64,000 nt of DNA from Guillardia theta CCMP2712 (GCF_000315625.1 NW_005434668.1:688533-752532), one strand, 5' to 3'. Shown: positions 42,893-56,129, numbered from the stretch's first letter. The notes: generated by a model not told the origin, from the sequence alone. Translations and numbers: made by a program.

Positions 42893-44947
42893 ATGGTAGC
42901 CGACACTCTTCCGTCGCCCTCTCTCCCTCCCGTCTGCTCATGGGGAAGCGGGAAGTTCTCTCAGCTGCTGCTGGAGCATGACGAGTACTACTTCAGCCGG
43001 GAGAGATGCCTGATGATAGTCCATCGTCCTCTCGGAGACCCCTGCGATGGTGCGCACGGCACCGAATCTGTCTGCAGCAACCGACGGGCTTGTCGGGGAA
43101 TCCTGCATATCGGCTCCAACGGACTGCTCGTGGAGTTCAGTGAGGAGGAGATGCCAGTCGTGAGAATTTCATACGCTGAGGTAACGAAGTTCGCGCCATG
43201 GCAGAGGACAGAGGAAGAAGTCGGGCTGCTGCGGGAGCTTGGCAGCGAAGGAGACATTCCATCCTCCTCCAGCACGAGGGAGGAGAGACCGCGCCCTCCT
43301 GAAGCGCGTCAGAACGGGAAGAGCATCCTGCACAAGGTCGAGAGCAGCCTCCTCAAGTCTTTCTTCCGAGTGCAGTCCTACTACGCTCCTCCCCAGCAGG
43401 ACGCCAGGGGAGGAAAAGGAGGGAAACGAGAGCGAGGAAGAGGCTGCTGGGAACACATACAAGTAGAGGCGCGCGTCATCTCCACTGCCCTTGACGGATC
43501 GACTTGCCACAGCTACCGCAAGCTCCTGCCTGCTGCTCCCTTGTGCTTCTCCGTGTGGTCGCCCGAGGGTGCCAGGGGATCAGAGGAGAGCTCTGCGGTC
43601 GAGACAATCTCGCTCCTTATCGCCCTGTCGGCGATGGAAAAATCGGCGGAAAGCATCGCGATGCGGCAGGACATGATCAAGCGACACGAGATGAAGCGGC
43701 TGGAGGTGATGCCTTCTTGTCCTGGAGAAACTTTGTGCCACGGGAGATGCGTCAAGATCGAACCTCTTGTCCTCACCCCTGGCAGGTTCACTTTGACGGA
43801 CAAAGCCATCTACTTTCGTGCTTTCTGTCAGAACGATGCAGAGGAGGAGGAGAGAGTGTTTCTCAGCGACGTATTCCGTGTCGCAAGGAGGAGGCATCAC
43901 CTGAGCCATACAGCTATCGAGATCACCTTCAAAGGCGGAAGAGGGCGAATGCTTTTCATGTTCGGCACCTCGAGGGACTGCAGCGTTGTCTGGAAGCATC
44001 TCGCGAGCGTGCGGCCGATTCTAGCCGACGACGCGAGCGAGCTTGAGGGGATCACGAGGGCATGGCAAGAGGGAGCGATCAGCAACTACCACTACCTGAT
44101 GCACCTCAACTCAATGGCCGATCGCTCTTTCAACGACATCGCTCAATACCCCGTGTTCCCCTGGGTCATCCGTGACTACGACAGTGACGAGCTCGATCTA
44201 GAGTCCGAGGAGACGTTCCGCGATCTCTCGCGTCCGATCGGAGCCCTCAACGAGGAGCGACTGGCGCGGCTCATCGACAGGTATCACACAATGGAGGACC
44301 CCAAGTATCTCTACGGCACACACTACAGCACACCTGCCTACGTCGTCTACTACCTCGTTCGATCAGCTCCTCAACACGCTCTCAGGGTGCATGGCGGGAA
44401 GTTCGACCATGCTGATCGAGCCTTCGCCAGCATCAAGGGCACATGGGAGATGTGCCTGACCAACAGCGCGGACGTGAAGGAACTTATCCCGGAGTTCTTT
44501 CAGTCTCAGGGCGACTTCCTCCTGAACCGACTGGATCTCGATCTCGGCGTCCGGCATGATGGCGAGCGTCTCCATGATGTTCAGTTGCCACCATGGGCAT
44601 CTAGTCCCAAGGACTTCACGCGCAAGAATCGACAAGCGCTGGAGAGCAAGTACGTCTCAGAGCACCTCCATCATTGGATCGACTTGATCTTCGGCTTCAA
44701 GCAGCAGGGCGAAAACGCTAAGATGTCCTTCAACGTCTTCCATCCCTTGTCGTACGAGGGTGCGATCAACCTAGACGACATCAGAGTTGAGAGTGAGAGG
44801 ATCGCGTGCTTGGAACAGATCTCTGAGTTTGGTCAGATTCCGAAGCAACTCTTTGCATCCCCGCACCCCAAGCGACGAGGCCCCATGCTCCGTTCGATCC
44901 CATGGAGATCTGACTCGGACCAGGAAAGTGAGAATTCACGGACATAA
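42893..44947 (+). CDS. FAN/NSMAF-like GRAM/PH-BEACH protein, intronless, lacking the WD40 repeats
   Basis: N-terminal KFSQLLLEHDEYYF. BEACH motifs WQEGAISNYHYLMHLN, RSFNDIAQYPVFPWV, YGTHYS, FDHADR, DVKELIPEFF, LHHWIDLIFG, FGQIPKQLF..PHP. Confidence 0.85.
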   Translation: MVADTLPSPSLPPVCSWGSGKFSQLLLEHDEYYFSRERCLMIVHRPLGDPCDGAHGTESVCSNRRACRGILHIGSNGLLVEFSEEEMPVVRISYAEVTKFAPWQRTEEEVGLLRELGSEGDIPSSSSTREERPRPPEARQNGKSILHKVESSLLKSFFRVQSYYAPPQQDARGGKGGKRERGRGCWEHIQVEARVISTALDGSTCHSYRKLLPAAPLCFSVWSPEGARGSEESSAVETISLLIALSAMEKSAESIAMRQDMIKRHEMKRLEVMPSCPGETLCHGRCVKIEPLVLTPGRFTLTDKAIYFRAFCQNDAEEEERVFLSDVFRVARRRHHLSHTAIEITFKGGRGRMLFMFGTSRDCSVVWKHLASVRPILADDASELEGITRAWQEGAISNYHYLMHLNSMADRSFNDIAQYPVFPWVIRDYDSDELDLESEETFRDLSRPIGALNEERLARLIDRYHTMEDPKYLYGTHYSTPAYVVYYLVRSAPQHALRVHGGKFDHADRAFASIKGTWEMCLTNSADVKELIPEFFQSQGDFLLNRLDLDLGVRHDGERLHDVQLPPWASSPKDFTRKNRQALESKYVSEHLHHWIDLIFGFKQQGENAKMSFNVFHPLSYEGAINLDDIRVESERIACLEQISEFGQIPKQLFASPHPKRRGPMLRSIPWRSDSDQESENSRT

Positions 44948-45000
44948 GGATGCTGTTCAATGAATAGATTCAATAATCTTGTACGTTGCAAATAGAAGCG

Positions 45001-45597
45001 CCGTCTAAGTGATGAGCTGGACGACATCAAACAAGCTGCATACCAAGATCTCGAGCTGTATCTGCACTTAGAACTCCATAGCCACACTCGTCGAACCTTC
45101 TGTGTCGTTGCTGACAGACTCTAGCAAAGCCCTGATTCAAGTCAGTAATGACGAGCAATGGATAAAGAGGGCCTACTTGAGCTTGGCATCTTGTAGTATG
45201 GATTCGTACATGCTAACAAACTTGTGACAAGTGTTGCTGTCATGCATCTTGTTCAATGTGGCCACCTAAAGGGGTTTCAAGAGAAGGTCGAGATGACAAA
45301 TAGCTCTTTGTTGGCCAAGAAATTACATACCGTGATCATAGCCGATCGCTGCAGCTCGTTGTGACGCTCGACATCCTGCGGCGACGCGTTTTCTTTTGTC
45401 TTCTTGTTGAGCACCGTCTTGAGAGGATCCGCCAGCGTATCGAGCACCTTACATTGAGAACCCTTCAAAATCGACCCATGGGAAAGCAGCTTTCGGTTTG
45501 TTTTACCTCCCGCACGAAGAATGGTTCACGAACAGCCAACTTGCAGAGCATTTGGTATGCAGCTTGTTTGATGTCGTCCAGTTCATCACTCAGACGG
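45001..45597. repeat. Inverted repeat: 45001-45046 is a 44/46-identical inverted copy of CAND1 exon sequence 45552-45597
   Basis: ccgtctAagtgatgaGctggacgacatcaaacaagctgcataccaa versus the reverse complement ccgtctGagtgatgaActggacgacatcaaacaagctgcataccaa. Confidence 0.95.
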
Positions 45598-48500
45598 TCC
45601 TTTCCAAAGATCAGGAACCAAATGATAGCCGTCATCACTCGCAGGATCACCTGTAAGTGATGGAGGAAAGCAGAGGTGTCAAGCTGCTCTGCACACTTAT
45701 CCAGCAGAGTATCCATGGCTGCAAGTGCCTGACAAGGTCAACGGATCAGCGAAGATAAGACTGGAAGTTGCAAGATTCACCAGCTTGCGTAGTTCAGCTC
45801 CATCATCTACTTTATGTTGAAAAGGGCCTAGATTTACAGTGCGCACCTTAAGAACAGGATCAGAGAGCAATCAAACATTCGTCAGTAGCCAATACCAAGT
45901 CTTGTTTGTACACAGATTCTCCATACAGTGAAGGCAGCAACCAATCAGTCTTGAGGAGTGGGCGAATAAGGGCAGGTTTGTTGTGAGTTGCAGAATTGAG
46001 GGTGGTGAGAACGGCGCGACGGACCATGATGTGGTCATCCTACACTTAGGTCAGATCGTCATTGAGACGCGACACAACATCCCAACCTTGAGGAGAAGCA
46101 AGAAATCAGTTATGCATGTGGCAAGTTCTTGCACTGGGGCATTATCCGTGATGGTAAATTTCAATGAATGCACAGCAGTGGCTCGCGTCTCGACGCTGTC
46201 CCGCCTGCATCAAACACTTAGAAGAACCAAAGGTTTCGCACTGCAATGTACGTTATCAGTTCCTTCAGCTTGGGCAGCACCTCAGTTGGTGCGATCAGCG
46301 CAAGTTTGCCCAAGCATTCCGCCACCTGATTATGGGTATATATATTAAGAGAAGCTTCTCCAAGGACGTAAACGTTACCATGCTCCGCACACCTTCGTCA
46401 TCTGAGTCGCACTGATCCATGAGGAGATTCATGACTGTAGACATGTGACCGGCAAGCGAGTCATGACCCTTCCCTATTCCTCCATCACTAGCTTTCAACG
46501 TGATGAGCTGACGAAGCGATTGCAGCAGCAGATATCGATATTCGGCTTGAGACTCAATTTGGGTCAGAATGTACGGGAGATATTTGCTGATTGCGCCCAT
46601 TGCAATTGACCCAAGAGCGTATGATGCAGCCGCCTTGGTATCTTCTGATGTAGATGTAAACGAATTCATGATGACATTCTCGAGGGAGAATTGCGATAGA
46701 TCGAACTCCCGGCCAATTTCACCTACGCAGTGCAACAGAAGCTGCTTCATTTGCTCAGCGCCAGAAGGATTGCCTAAGGTATTCATGAACCCTTGGAGGG
46801 TTGCAATTCTCTCGCTATCAGCAACCGCCCCACAGAGGCTACTGACGCATTGTGCAATGGAAGAAAGTGATTGCCTCGAAAGCTGATTTCCTCCATCAAC
46901 AATTCCGAGAAGTTGGCCAAGCAATTCTTTGTATTTTGATCCGGACCCTGCCTGAACAAGGTTCGCAAAGAGTGACCTCAGAGAGTTTCTCGCAATGCCT
47001 TGAAGAAGAGGAGATTGTAAGAGCACGAGTACACGCGGGAGTATGTAAGAATGAATTAGATTGACGTTCTCATTTGGAGACTTCGAAACCATACAAGAGC
47101 ACAGTTGCAACGCGAGGTGCGTCAGGTGAAGCTCCGCGTCCGAAACAAGAATAGTCAACTCCTTCATAACTGTCTCATAGAGGGAATCTCCTATCATTTT
47201 TCCATAAGAAGCAATCAAGGAATTGAGGGTCATCAGTGCGGCCTGCTTCAAAGCCCTGTCATTCTTGCGAAGGAAAGTGGAGCATTCCAGAATCACATCC
47301 TTGCATATGATGGAAATATCGATTTGCAGATCGCTCTTTGCAACAGTTGCAATGGCTTTCAAGGAGGTCACTCGGGTGGTCTCATTTCTCAGACGTTCTA
47401 GCAAGACAGGAAGGCATCCATTCAAGTTTGAGGGGCCGACAATATCACCGAGTGTGGCTATGATCTCACCCATCGTCAGGATAGCTGCCTCCTTGACCTC
47501 CAAGTCCTGATCTTGCGAATTCAATCTGCCGAACGCAGAGGTGTACATGTTTTGAATGAATTGGTCTTCTCCCTGCAACAGTCTCTTTCCGCCATGCTTC
47601 GCGGTTGTGAATCTACCACATACTCGTAACGCCACAGCTGAAATCTTGTAATTGCTGTCAGCTACGCTTGCAAGCACTGATGGCCCAAGATCTTTGACAT
47701 GCTTTGAAAAGTCAGCACCAGGATGCTTTTCAAGAAGCAGACAAAGGAAAGTAAGGGCCTCGACCTTGAGAGAAGTCTTTGCACTCTTCTCAATTGCCTT
47801 GGCAATATCCGGAACCAAGTTTACAAGGTAGTTATTCAAGCCTCCATTTAGCACAAGGATGAGCTCTCGCAAAAGTTCGAGGCATCTTTCTTTGGTCTTG
47901 AACGATTTGTCTTTCATTTGCTTTGTGATTGCTTTGACAAGTTTGTCCACATCCAACATGGATACAACTGTATTTGGCAAATGATGGGAATCATTTCCTG
48001 ATGGATGGTCTTCATCCATTGCATCAGGGTTTGCCGTACGGCCTTGCGTTTGTCGAAGTAAGTCCTTTAGGGCAGAAAAGATTTCCATCTTCACAATCTC
48101 TTCTCGTTCTCGAAATCTGATGATGAGTTGAGGGAGAACGGCCTCGTAGAGCTCTTTCAGCATTTCTGGTCTGGTGCGAATGACTGCAGCCAAGCACTTA
48201 ACAGCAGCACTCCTCACTTTCCAGCTGTTGTCGTCATCCCCGCTGTAGTCGCCGTCATCAGAGAACTCGTCCTCCTCCTGCTCATCTTCTTCCATATCAT
48301 CGCCATCATCCTCATCATCGGCATAATTGGGGTCATATTTGATGAACTTAAGAGAAATGTTGACGATCTTGTCTAGATGCGATCCAATTTCCTTGGGGCA
48401 ACGGAGAACAAACGATTCAAATGCTTGAAGACAATTTTCGAGCATTTCTACGTCTTCTTGATGTTTTGGGCTCTCGCAGAGCTCAATCAAGAGCGGAATA

Positions 48501-49240
48501 ATTCGTTTTAGCTCTCTTCCTAAACGATGTCCTACCGAACGAGATATTCCAGCTATAGTTTGAATGAAAGTTCGGATCTCATCAGGGCTCTTCGCTTCTC
48601 CCATGCTAACGAAGATTGTGCTGACTAAGTTTGCAAACAGCTGGTCTGGCGCACAGATAGCAAGGGACGCAACACAAATGGACACTCTTTTCCGAGTGGC
48701 AGCTATGGGAGAAGCCAGCATCGGCAAAATGCTTGTCTGCAACGCTGGAAGCTCTCTCTGCATCAGCATACCGAAGTTCTTGAGGAGGTCGTTCAAAATT
48801 TCTAAGCAGTAATGGGCAACCTCGGTTTCTCCTTGGATACCAATTTGCAGCTTTGGGGTGACCCGCTTAAGAACAGCTGGTGCCGTCTGCTGATTCACGA
48901 CCCCAACAAGCGTCTTCAAGCCAATGCTGCCAATATCCCGTCTCTCCTCGTCAGTCTTGTTGATAATGTGCGTTGCAAGCTTGTCCGCGATCTCTTCTAG
49001 TTGTGGTTCTTGTACCTTCCTTGCAAGTGAAGCAATGGTTCTCACGGCTTGCTGCTTGACGTCGGTACTGGTGTCCTCCAAGTGCTTAAGAATAATGCTG
49101 ACGACTCTTCTCTCAAGCTCGTTCTCAAGTTTGATTGTGTCTCTGTCCAGATCTGCTGACAAGTCGTGCATTGCCATGTACCGCTCATCTTTATCCCGTG
49201 CATTCAACTTCTCGATCAGACTTGCCATGGAGAAGCTCAT
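45068..49240 (-). CDS. CAND1: Cullin-associated NEDD8-dissociated protein 1 (TIP120, HEAT repeats)
   Basis: DKDERYMAMHDL, RDIGSIGLKT, YDPNY...DDNSWKVRSAAVK, RFREREE, ERLRNETTR; 3' exons VNLGPFQHKVDDGAELRK; ends SVAMEF with TAA at 45068. Confidence 0.95.
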
Positions 49241-49866
49241 CCTGCCCTCAGAAGGTTAGTATGAGAAACCACCGCCTCTTGTCTTGGTTCAATCTGCCGT
49301 AACCCTCTCCATCCCTGTCTTTTTGCTTTATTTCATTTCTTCCTTTCTCTGACTCGCAATCAAGCGTTCCTCCAGTCTTTGCTCACTCAAGTTGCTTCTT
49401 TTTCTCTTCTTTTCCCACCACCTCCTCCTGCCTCCTCCTGCCTCTCATCATCTTCGCTTTCGCGTTCATGTTCAGCTGCTCATTCTTTCACTTGTCCTGT
49501 CCTTCTGCTTCTGCTTCTGCTCCTGCTCCTGCTTCTGCTTCTGCTTCTGCTTCTGCTCCTCCCCCTTAGTGCTTGTCCTCGTTCTCTTTCTCCCTCTCTC
49601 TCCCCGCGCATCTCAACTTTGCTTGCCTGCTTCTCCTCTGTTCTGTCACACAGCCACCTGTCCCACTATTCATGCCGCCACCCCTCACAATTCCTTCTAC
49701 CCTCTCTCAATATAACCCCACCTTACAAATATGCTTCAATCTTGCGAGAAAAGTACCCCTATTTCCGATCTACTACCCTACTCTACCATCGACTTGTTGT
49801 ACCCCACCCCCTCTAAAATCCACCCCACCCAGGCATTTGAAGTTCTTTTTCGGAGACGTCAAGAGT

Positions 49867-50830
49867 ATGGCGAAGAAGGGAAAGAAGGGAGGAGGCGGAG
49901 GCGGAGGAGGAGCAGGAGGCGGAGGCGGAGAAGAAGCATCCGACAAAGGTGATGAATCTGAAACTTCGTTGGTCAAGCATGCTGCAAGTTGATCTTTTCG
50001 TTCAGACAAGAAGTCCTGGCAGCCTTCGAGTGAGTATTTCCTCTTGTTATCTGAGGATATCGGCACTGTTCCGAGAGTCTACATTCTCAGCGACTGATGT
50101 TGTATGTTGTTGGAACAGGGACTGATTGGAAGACCAACGAGAATGTCGAGGCTGAAAGCAAGGTCTTCACATTCGTACATCCTGCTTTCCTGGATTGCGT
50201 CTGAAAGACCATGGGCAGATTGTGAAAACAGTGCAAGACGTACAAGAGCTGACAAAGGTCAGGCTTGTCTCGGTTTCCTCTGCACATTGATTGAGGATGT
50301 AGGATGTCGACGTTGAGGGCAAGAAGGAGTCGCTCCTCGGCCAGAATTCCTCTGCTACTTCAACCGTAGATGGCCCTACCACTGACTCCAGAGGAGAATC
50401 TGGCAAACAGCACCCGCAAGCCGTCGAGCACGCAAGGAGCGATGTGCAAGTGAATGGAGCGACCTCGGACGATGGAGAGGCAAGCTGATAGGTCGCTGAG
50501 GGGTTGAACACGGATTGACACATGTTGACAGGCACTCGAGAACAAACTTGACAACCTGAAGCAGCAGGTTGTCTTGCTACCCCTCAACATGGCTCCTTGA
50601 CTTTCTTCTTTCAGTTGGTGGATCTACGTCAGTCGATCAAGGTGCAACCCACCTTCGTTTCTTGCTCGTCCACGTACATAAGTGTGCTCATTCGCGCCAA
50701 CAGAACTTTGAGTCGGAGTTTGACTCGAGATTGGATGCTTGCCTGAAGCAAATTGTGAGCAAAAGGAGTAATTGAGTGAGTGGCAACCTGACAGCATATC
50801 ACAGGCGGAGATGCCTGCACAGGGCGGCGA
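49867..50830 (+). CDS. Hypothetical multi-exon protein (MAKKGKKGGG... start)
   Basis: Plausible ATG and regularly spaced short GT-AG introns. No domain recognised. Confidence 0.4.
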
Positions 50831-50942
50831 GATAGATTTGGACAATGAATGATGAAATGTCTGTCAAACAGACTGATATTTGGATGTTATGAACTGGATT
50901 TAATAAAAGTGCCACAGCCAATTCCTTGAGTGCATGTGACCA

Positions 50943-52375
50943 TTAGTATTCGAAAGATACATGAATATTCAAGTGTTGAACGAATTGAACCATGTAAGAA
51001 TGCCATTCCTGCTCCAACTGCAGAACCGAACCAACTGAACCCATGGAAACAAAACGGTAGGCACCTCCAATGTTTTGAATTTGATCGGAGACAGAAAAAA
51101 AGGATGACATCTGGTCACAATTCCTTTTTTTGTCAGCTTCCATGATATCCCACAGACGACTCTTGTATGACAATTTCCATGGTGTCATGAAGCAATGCGG
51201 TTATCAAATGCGTTTCCGCATCAATCGTTCGATGTACCCACCACATCTCCCTTCAATTTCACGAAGCTGCGTTTCCAAGTGAAACTTTCCTTAACATCAT
51301 CGGGAAGAAAGCACTAGGTAAGCATCTCTCTTCTGCATGTATGAATGATCTTTAGTACCTGCAAAAATGGTGATTTGCGCTTTGCAGCAAATCACTGAAG
51401 GCCCTTCCTGTGTGGAGCGGATTGTCATGGCCAACCTAATCATCAGCGTTGCCTCCTGACTGTACCTCAAAAGGATTCATCTCCGTTGTCTGAGCCATGA
51501 GACAACTTCATCTCTGGTTTGCGAGCCATGAGACGATTGCATCAGATGTCTGTCTGTCTGCATTGACTGTCGTCAGGATCGTTCGAGGCCAAGAGGGCAT
51601 TCATGATTTGATCAACAGGGAAAAATTTATTTGTACAGAACAGAAAGTTGGCAATCAAATGCTCTATTAGACGCACAATCTACAACGAGAGCATGACATG
51701 CAACGCTCCATCACCCTAAGGATTCTGCCCGCCAGATTCGGGAGCCAAGTCTTTCATATCAGGTAGGATCATCCCTGCATGGAACTGTTGCTCACTGATG
51801 GAGGAGCTGCGGCTTCCATCGCTCCTGTTGCTGGAGGAGGGCCGCCTGTTGCTTGCTCCCTCAGTCAAGTTCGGTGGATTCTGGTTTCTGTCCTGCTTGC
51901 AAGTAAGATCGCCTGTCAGTCTTTGCGGTGAAAAAGATTGAGCACCTTTTGTGAATCTTTGGCCACGTCAGAGGAAATCTGATGCACTTCATTGTCTACA
52001 AACACAAGAAGTAAGCCTCTGCAGAGGTACATGGTGTAAATCGAATCTTACCTGAATCTTGATTGCTTTCACCAGAATTCTCTGTCAAGCCCTTCGGCTC
52101 GGTTTCCATGTACAAAATCTGGCCCAGCCAATCGTCAGCGTTCAGAGGGAGTGAAATGAGATTAACATGTACCTCTGGTTCTGGGAAAAAGTCGTCGAAT
52201 TTGAAGCGTTTGGGTGAGTGTTGAACCCAACTTTCTGCGTTCGAGTATTCCAAGAGCCTTCCCATAAAAGTATCCTTTTTCGAAATGTCTCAAGCTACTC
52301 GAAGGGAATCCGAAGCACTCAAAAGTGAGACTTCGTCCGATATTGCCTGGAATATTGTGAATTAAGACAAATCAT
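50943..52375 (-). CDS. Hypothetical multi-exon protein
   Basis: Minus-strand exon/intron pattern with open segments such as MGRLLEYSNAESWVQHSPKRFKFDDFFPEPE. No domain recognised with confidence. Confidence 0.35.
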
Positions 52376-54299
52376 GGAAGATGAAGTGATGGCAAGATCC
52401 ACCTGTCTGCGCCGGTGAAGTCGGAACGGAATGAGCCGGGATACAGGCGAGGGGTATGTGCACGAAGAATGATGATAGGAGAAGCGTCCACACGGAGCAA
52501 GAGGTGGAGGGACTGGTGTAAGATGGAAGGGAGAGGGTGTGGGTGTTGGCAGGAAGGGAGTGTGGGAGGGATGGTGGAAGGAGAGCGAGGATAAATAGGG
52601 AACAGGAATCAGGGGGGGGGGGAGAAGGGGAGGACGAGTAGTTAGTGGGTTAGGGGGGGTCACACCCGTGAGGGGGATGAGGGTGGAAACGGTGGTATGA
52701 TCACCACCCCGAGACCAGCAAGTATGGGGGGTATGATGGGGGTGGGGTCCTGTTCCCATGAGTGCAAGGGGTCGAGCCGTGCTGACCTTAAAATATGTTT
52801 TAGTTATAAAAGGTTTTTCTCCAAAAAAATCTGCTGGGGGTTTAGAAATTGTTTTTTAAACATGAAAATAATTGTTTTCATCATTTCAGAACTCAACGTT
52901 TCCACTGTTCATGGGATTGTAGTAAATTATAACGTCCACATATGGAGGTACAGGGAGGGACCCCTACCCCCTCCGGCAAGTACCATTCCCCGTACCCCTG
53001 TTACATGTGACGATAAACCTGCAATCACCCGGGTACTCACAACCTCACCCCTTTCGCTTCAAAGTTCATCCCTTTGTGCTCCATTCCACCCACCCCACGG
53101 AGCCATCTGCAGAACCACAACCACCAGTGCCAGGTAATTTCCATACCCCATTTTTCGCTGTACCCTGGTAAATGTGCGAAAATACCCCTAACTTTCCCAA
53201 TATGACTTCTTCACTACCCTACCACCTCAATTGCAATGGACCCCACCCTCAGTGAAGAATGCTTCAATCGTCCTCAGCTACTTCGCAATGGAACCCTGCC
53301 CCACGAACTACCAATTCAGCCCCCCACCCTGGGATTGACTGGCATATGGTGGGTACTGAATCAGAAAAAAAGAAATTGCCGTGACACCTCCTTTGCTCAT
53401 CCCAGCAAGAACCCATATTTATCACCCCCTCAAGAGACCGTCGGTGAGGGGGTACACAAAATGGTTTTTAAAAAATAGAAAGGTCTGGGAGCCAAACTCG
53501 TAACGTGACAGAAAGTGTGACGAAAAAAAACTTAAGAGATAGCTGGGGATCACACGTCCTGAAATGAAAACACATCTTTTCATTTTAATGAGACCTGTAA
53601 GCGGGTGAAAATATACATTTTCGAGTATATACCGGTGGTATAGATTTCCGAATAACAAAGGGGTGGTGACCCTCGAAGCTGCTGGGGACTTGTTATAAAT
53701 CTTGAGATCAGAACGGTTCGAGGTCATCGACCCGACGTATAAACTATCTCATCATCTCCTTCCCGTCGCCAGCCCCAGCTGTTGCCTGCCTTGCCGTCTG
53801 CCCTCCGTCACGTTCCCTATCTCTCATCATGTTCCCCCTTGCAACACGTTTCAAGTCATCTTGCCATCTTACCTCCTTGTACCTCTCCTCCTCGCCCGAC
53901 ACTTAAACTCTCCACCTGGCCTGCCTGCCCTCGCTCGTCCCTCCCTCCGCCTCCCACCCCCTGCCCCGCCACCGCCATACCAGCCTCCTCCATATTCTCC
54001 TTTCCACTTTTTATGGTCTCATGGATATCTCATTCCTCTCGTTGACCTCCCTTCCGTCCACTTCTTCATTCTTCTCAGTTCCATTGATCAACGACCCCGA
54101 CTGATGACCTTAGGTAGTGCACTCACCAGTCTTCAACACACTCTTGTTTCTTCAAGACTTCTTGAAGTCCGATACTGTAGTAATGGATGGTTTTTATCAG
54201 ACTGCATTTGACCCTTTCGAATTGTTCTAAACACTAGTTAGTAACTAGTTTCCTTTTGCCTTCGTCTAGATAGATTGTAGGTTCTATGTGATCTGTCCC

Positions 54300-55600
54300 G
54301 AGACATAGTTGCTGAAAGATCTCCCATCGAGTGCTTTATTGGTCTCATTCACCTTCATATGTTTATTTACATGGATTTACAATCATCGTCACTTGAAGCA
54401 TCACTGATCAATGAGGGACGTTTGAGTCATGGACAGAGCTTCCATTGGCTGAATTTCAGAATACTCGTAGTTGGCGAGCGTACTGTGAATTTCAAGGGGT
54501 GTAAGAACAAGAGGTTTCTCATAGCAGTGTACTCACGTGGTTGGAAGCGTGGATCCGTCAATCCGTTTGATTGCATTAAAGATGTCGTCGCTCTCAATAC
54601 GCACTTCTCGAGCTTCTTGCCTGTGAACCACCAATCAATCATCGTTTCTGGCGCACCAGGTCTCATCGTCACAGTGCTGAGCAGAAGTAGCAAAGCGTCA
54701 CTGCGAGGCAATCACCCAGACAGCTCTGTTTGCGAGATAGAGAGCTTCAGTTGTCATCACCTTCATGAAACCTTCTCAGCTTACCCCTTTCACAAGAAAT
54801 CTCGTTCGAGCATGCTTCCGCCAAGTCACCCGGATGAAAGGAAATCTGCGACCCGGCTCAGAAGGAGGGTATGCCATCGAAGTGTAGTTGTTCATACAGC
54901 AGAAGGCAACAGGAGTTGAGACAAAGTGCTCGTGCCGGGGAGCTGCACTTGTAGCCGCAGGCCTGCAATAATCCAAGTCAATGGAAGGAAGGGTGGGACG
55001 TGCATGCTTGAGGAAGGAAATTAATGTCGTACCGCTCTGACTGGTTGATCCTTTACCTGATCATGGTGGTTCATTTTAGTTCCTACATATGAGATAGACC
55101 AAACTCACCATCGTGGTTTTGCCGTCGAACGTTTTCTTTCCCCAGACATGGCTTCCGTTCAAAACATCAACATATGTCTTGGCCGGCAGAAAAAAACAAC
55201 AGCAGCTTGGTAGGCATAAAGCAGTCAGCCTCTTTGTCGACGCTATCATGGATTGGATACTTACAAGCCACCCCAAGCCCCATGACCCGCAACGTAGAGA
55301 GTCTCTGGATCAGTCCAGATGTCAAACAGCCCTGTAGACCATGGCATCTCCTGAATCTGCTCCCTGAGCGAAAGGAAGGTTCAGACCACAGTTTGATCGC
55401 ACATCTTGTAAGTCCACATACTTTGTAGCCTCCTGCATCCCCCGCTTCTGCATCGCCTGCCGTCGTCGTTCCACGAGGAATCCATTCTTCATTGTTACCA
55501 AGGAAGATGCCTGTCTTTGCACAGAATATCTCTCAGAATGTTCTGATCGGTCTCCTGCGAAGAAGGGAATGAGGCGCAAATTAATCATCATTTCACCATT
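54300..55600. other. Possible hypothetical gene, strand unresolved
   Basis: Complex, non-repetitive sequence with short ORFs on both strands and candidate splice sites. Confidence 0.2.
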
Positions 55601-55934
55601 GCTACACTGTGCCTGTCGATTTTCTCGTTCAGCCGTCTCTCTTTTCTCTTACGATCTCTCATTCTCCCTTCCTCCTGTTCACGCCTGTCTTCACTCCCCC
55701 CATCCCCTCCATCACCTTCTTCTCTCCCCACTCTTCCCTCGCTCTCTTTCCCCGTTCCCCCCTCCCTCCTCTCCTCCCCCCTCTCCTCCCCCTCTCCTCC
55801 CCTCCCTTCCCCCGGGATGCAGCAGTCAGCATGGCTGTAGTGCCTTCAACTGCACTCGCCATTCCGGGCCTTCGGAAAACAAGGGGTGTATCACAGAGGG
55901 GGTGGGGTAGTTAGTGGGAGGCGGAGCGTTGCCA

Positions 55935-56129
55935 ATGCTAGGTGGCGGGAAACCAGCAGCAAGTGCGGCGGGAGAGGGACGGAAGACAGCGTCAGGGGTA
56001 GGAGGAGGAGGAGGTCGAGCAACAGGAGGGGTAGGGGCAGGAAGAGCAGGGGTGGCGACAGGACGAACAGCTGGACGAGGTGCAGGAGCAGTAGGAGCGG
56101 GACGAACAGCGATGGGAACTGGAGCAGGC

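Noticed and set aside
52760-54300. Transposon in the long intergenic region
   Set aside because: I found no transposase or reverse transcriptase motifs, terminal repeats or target-site duplications by eye.
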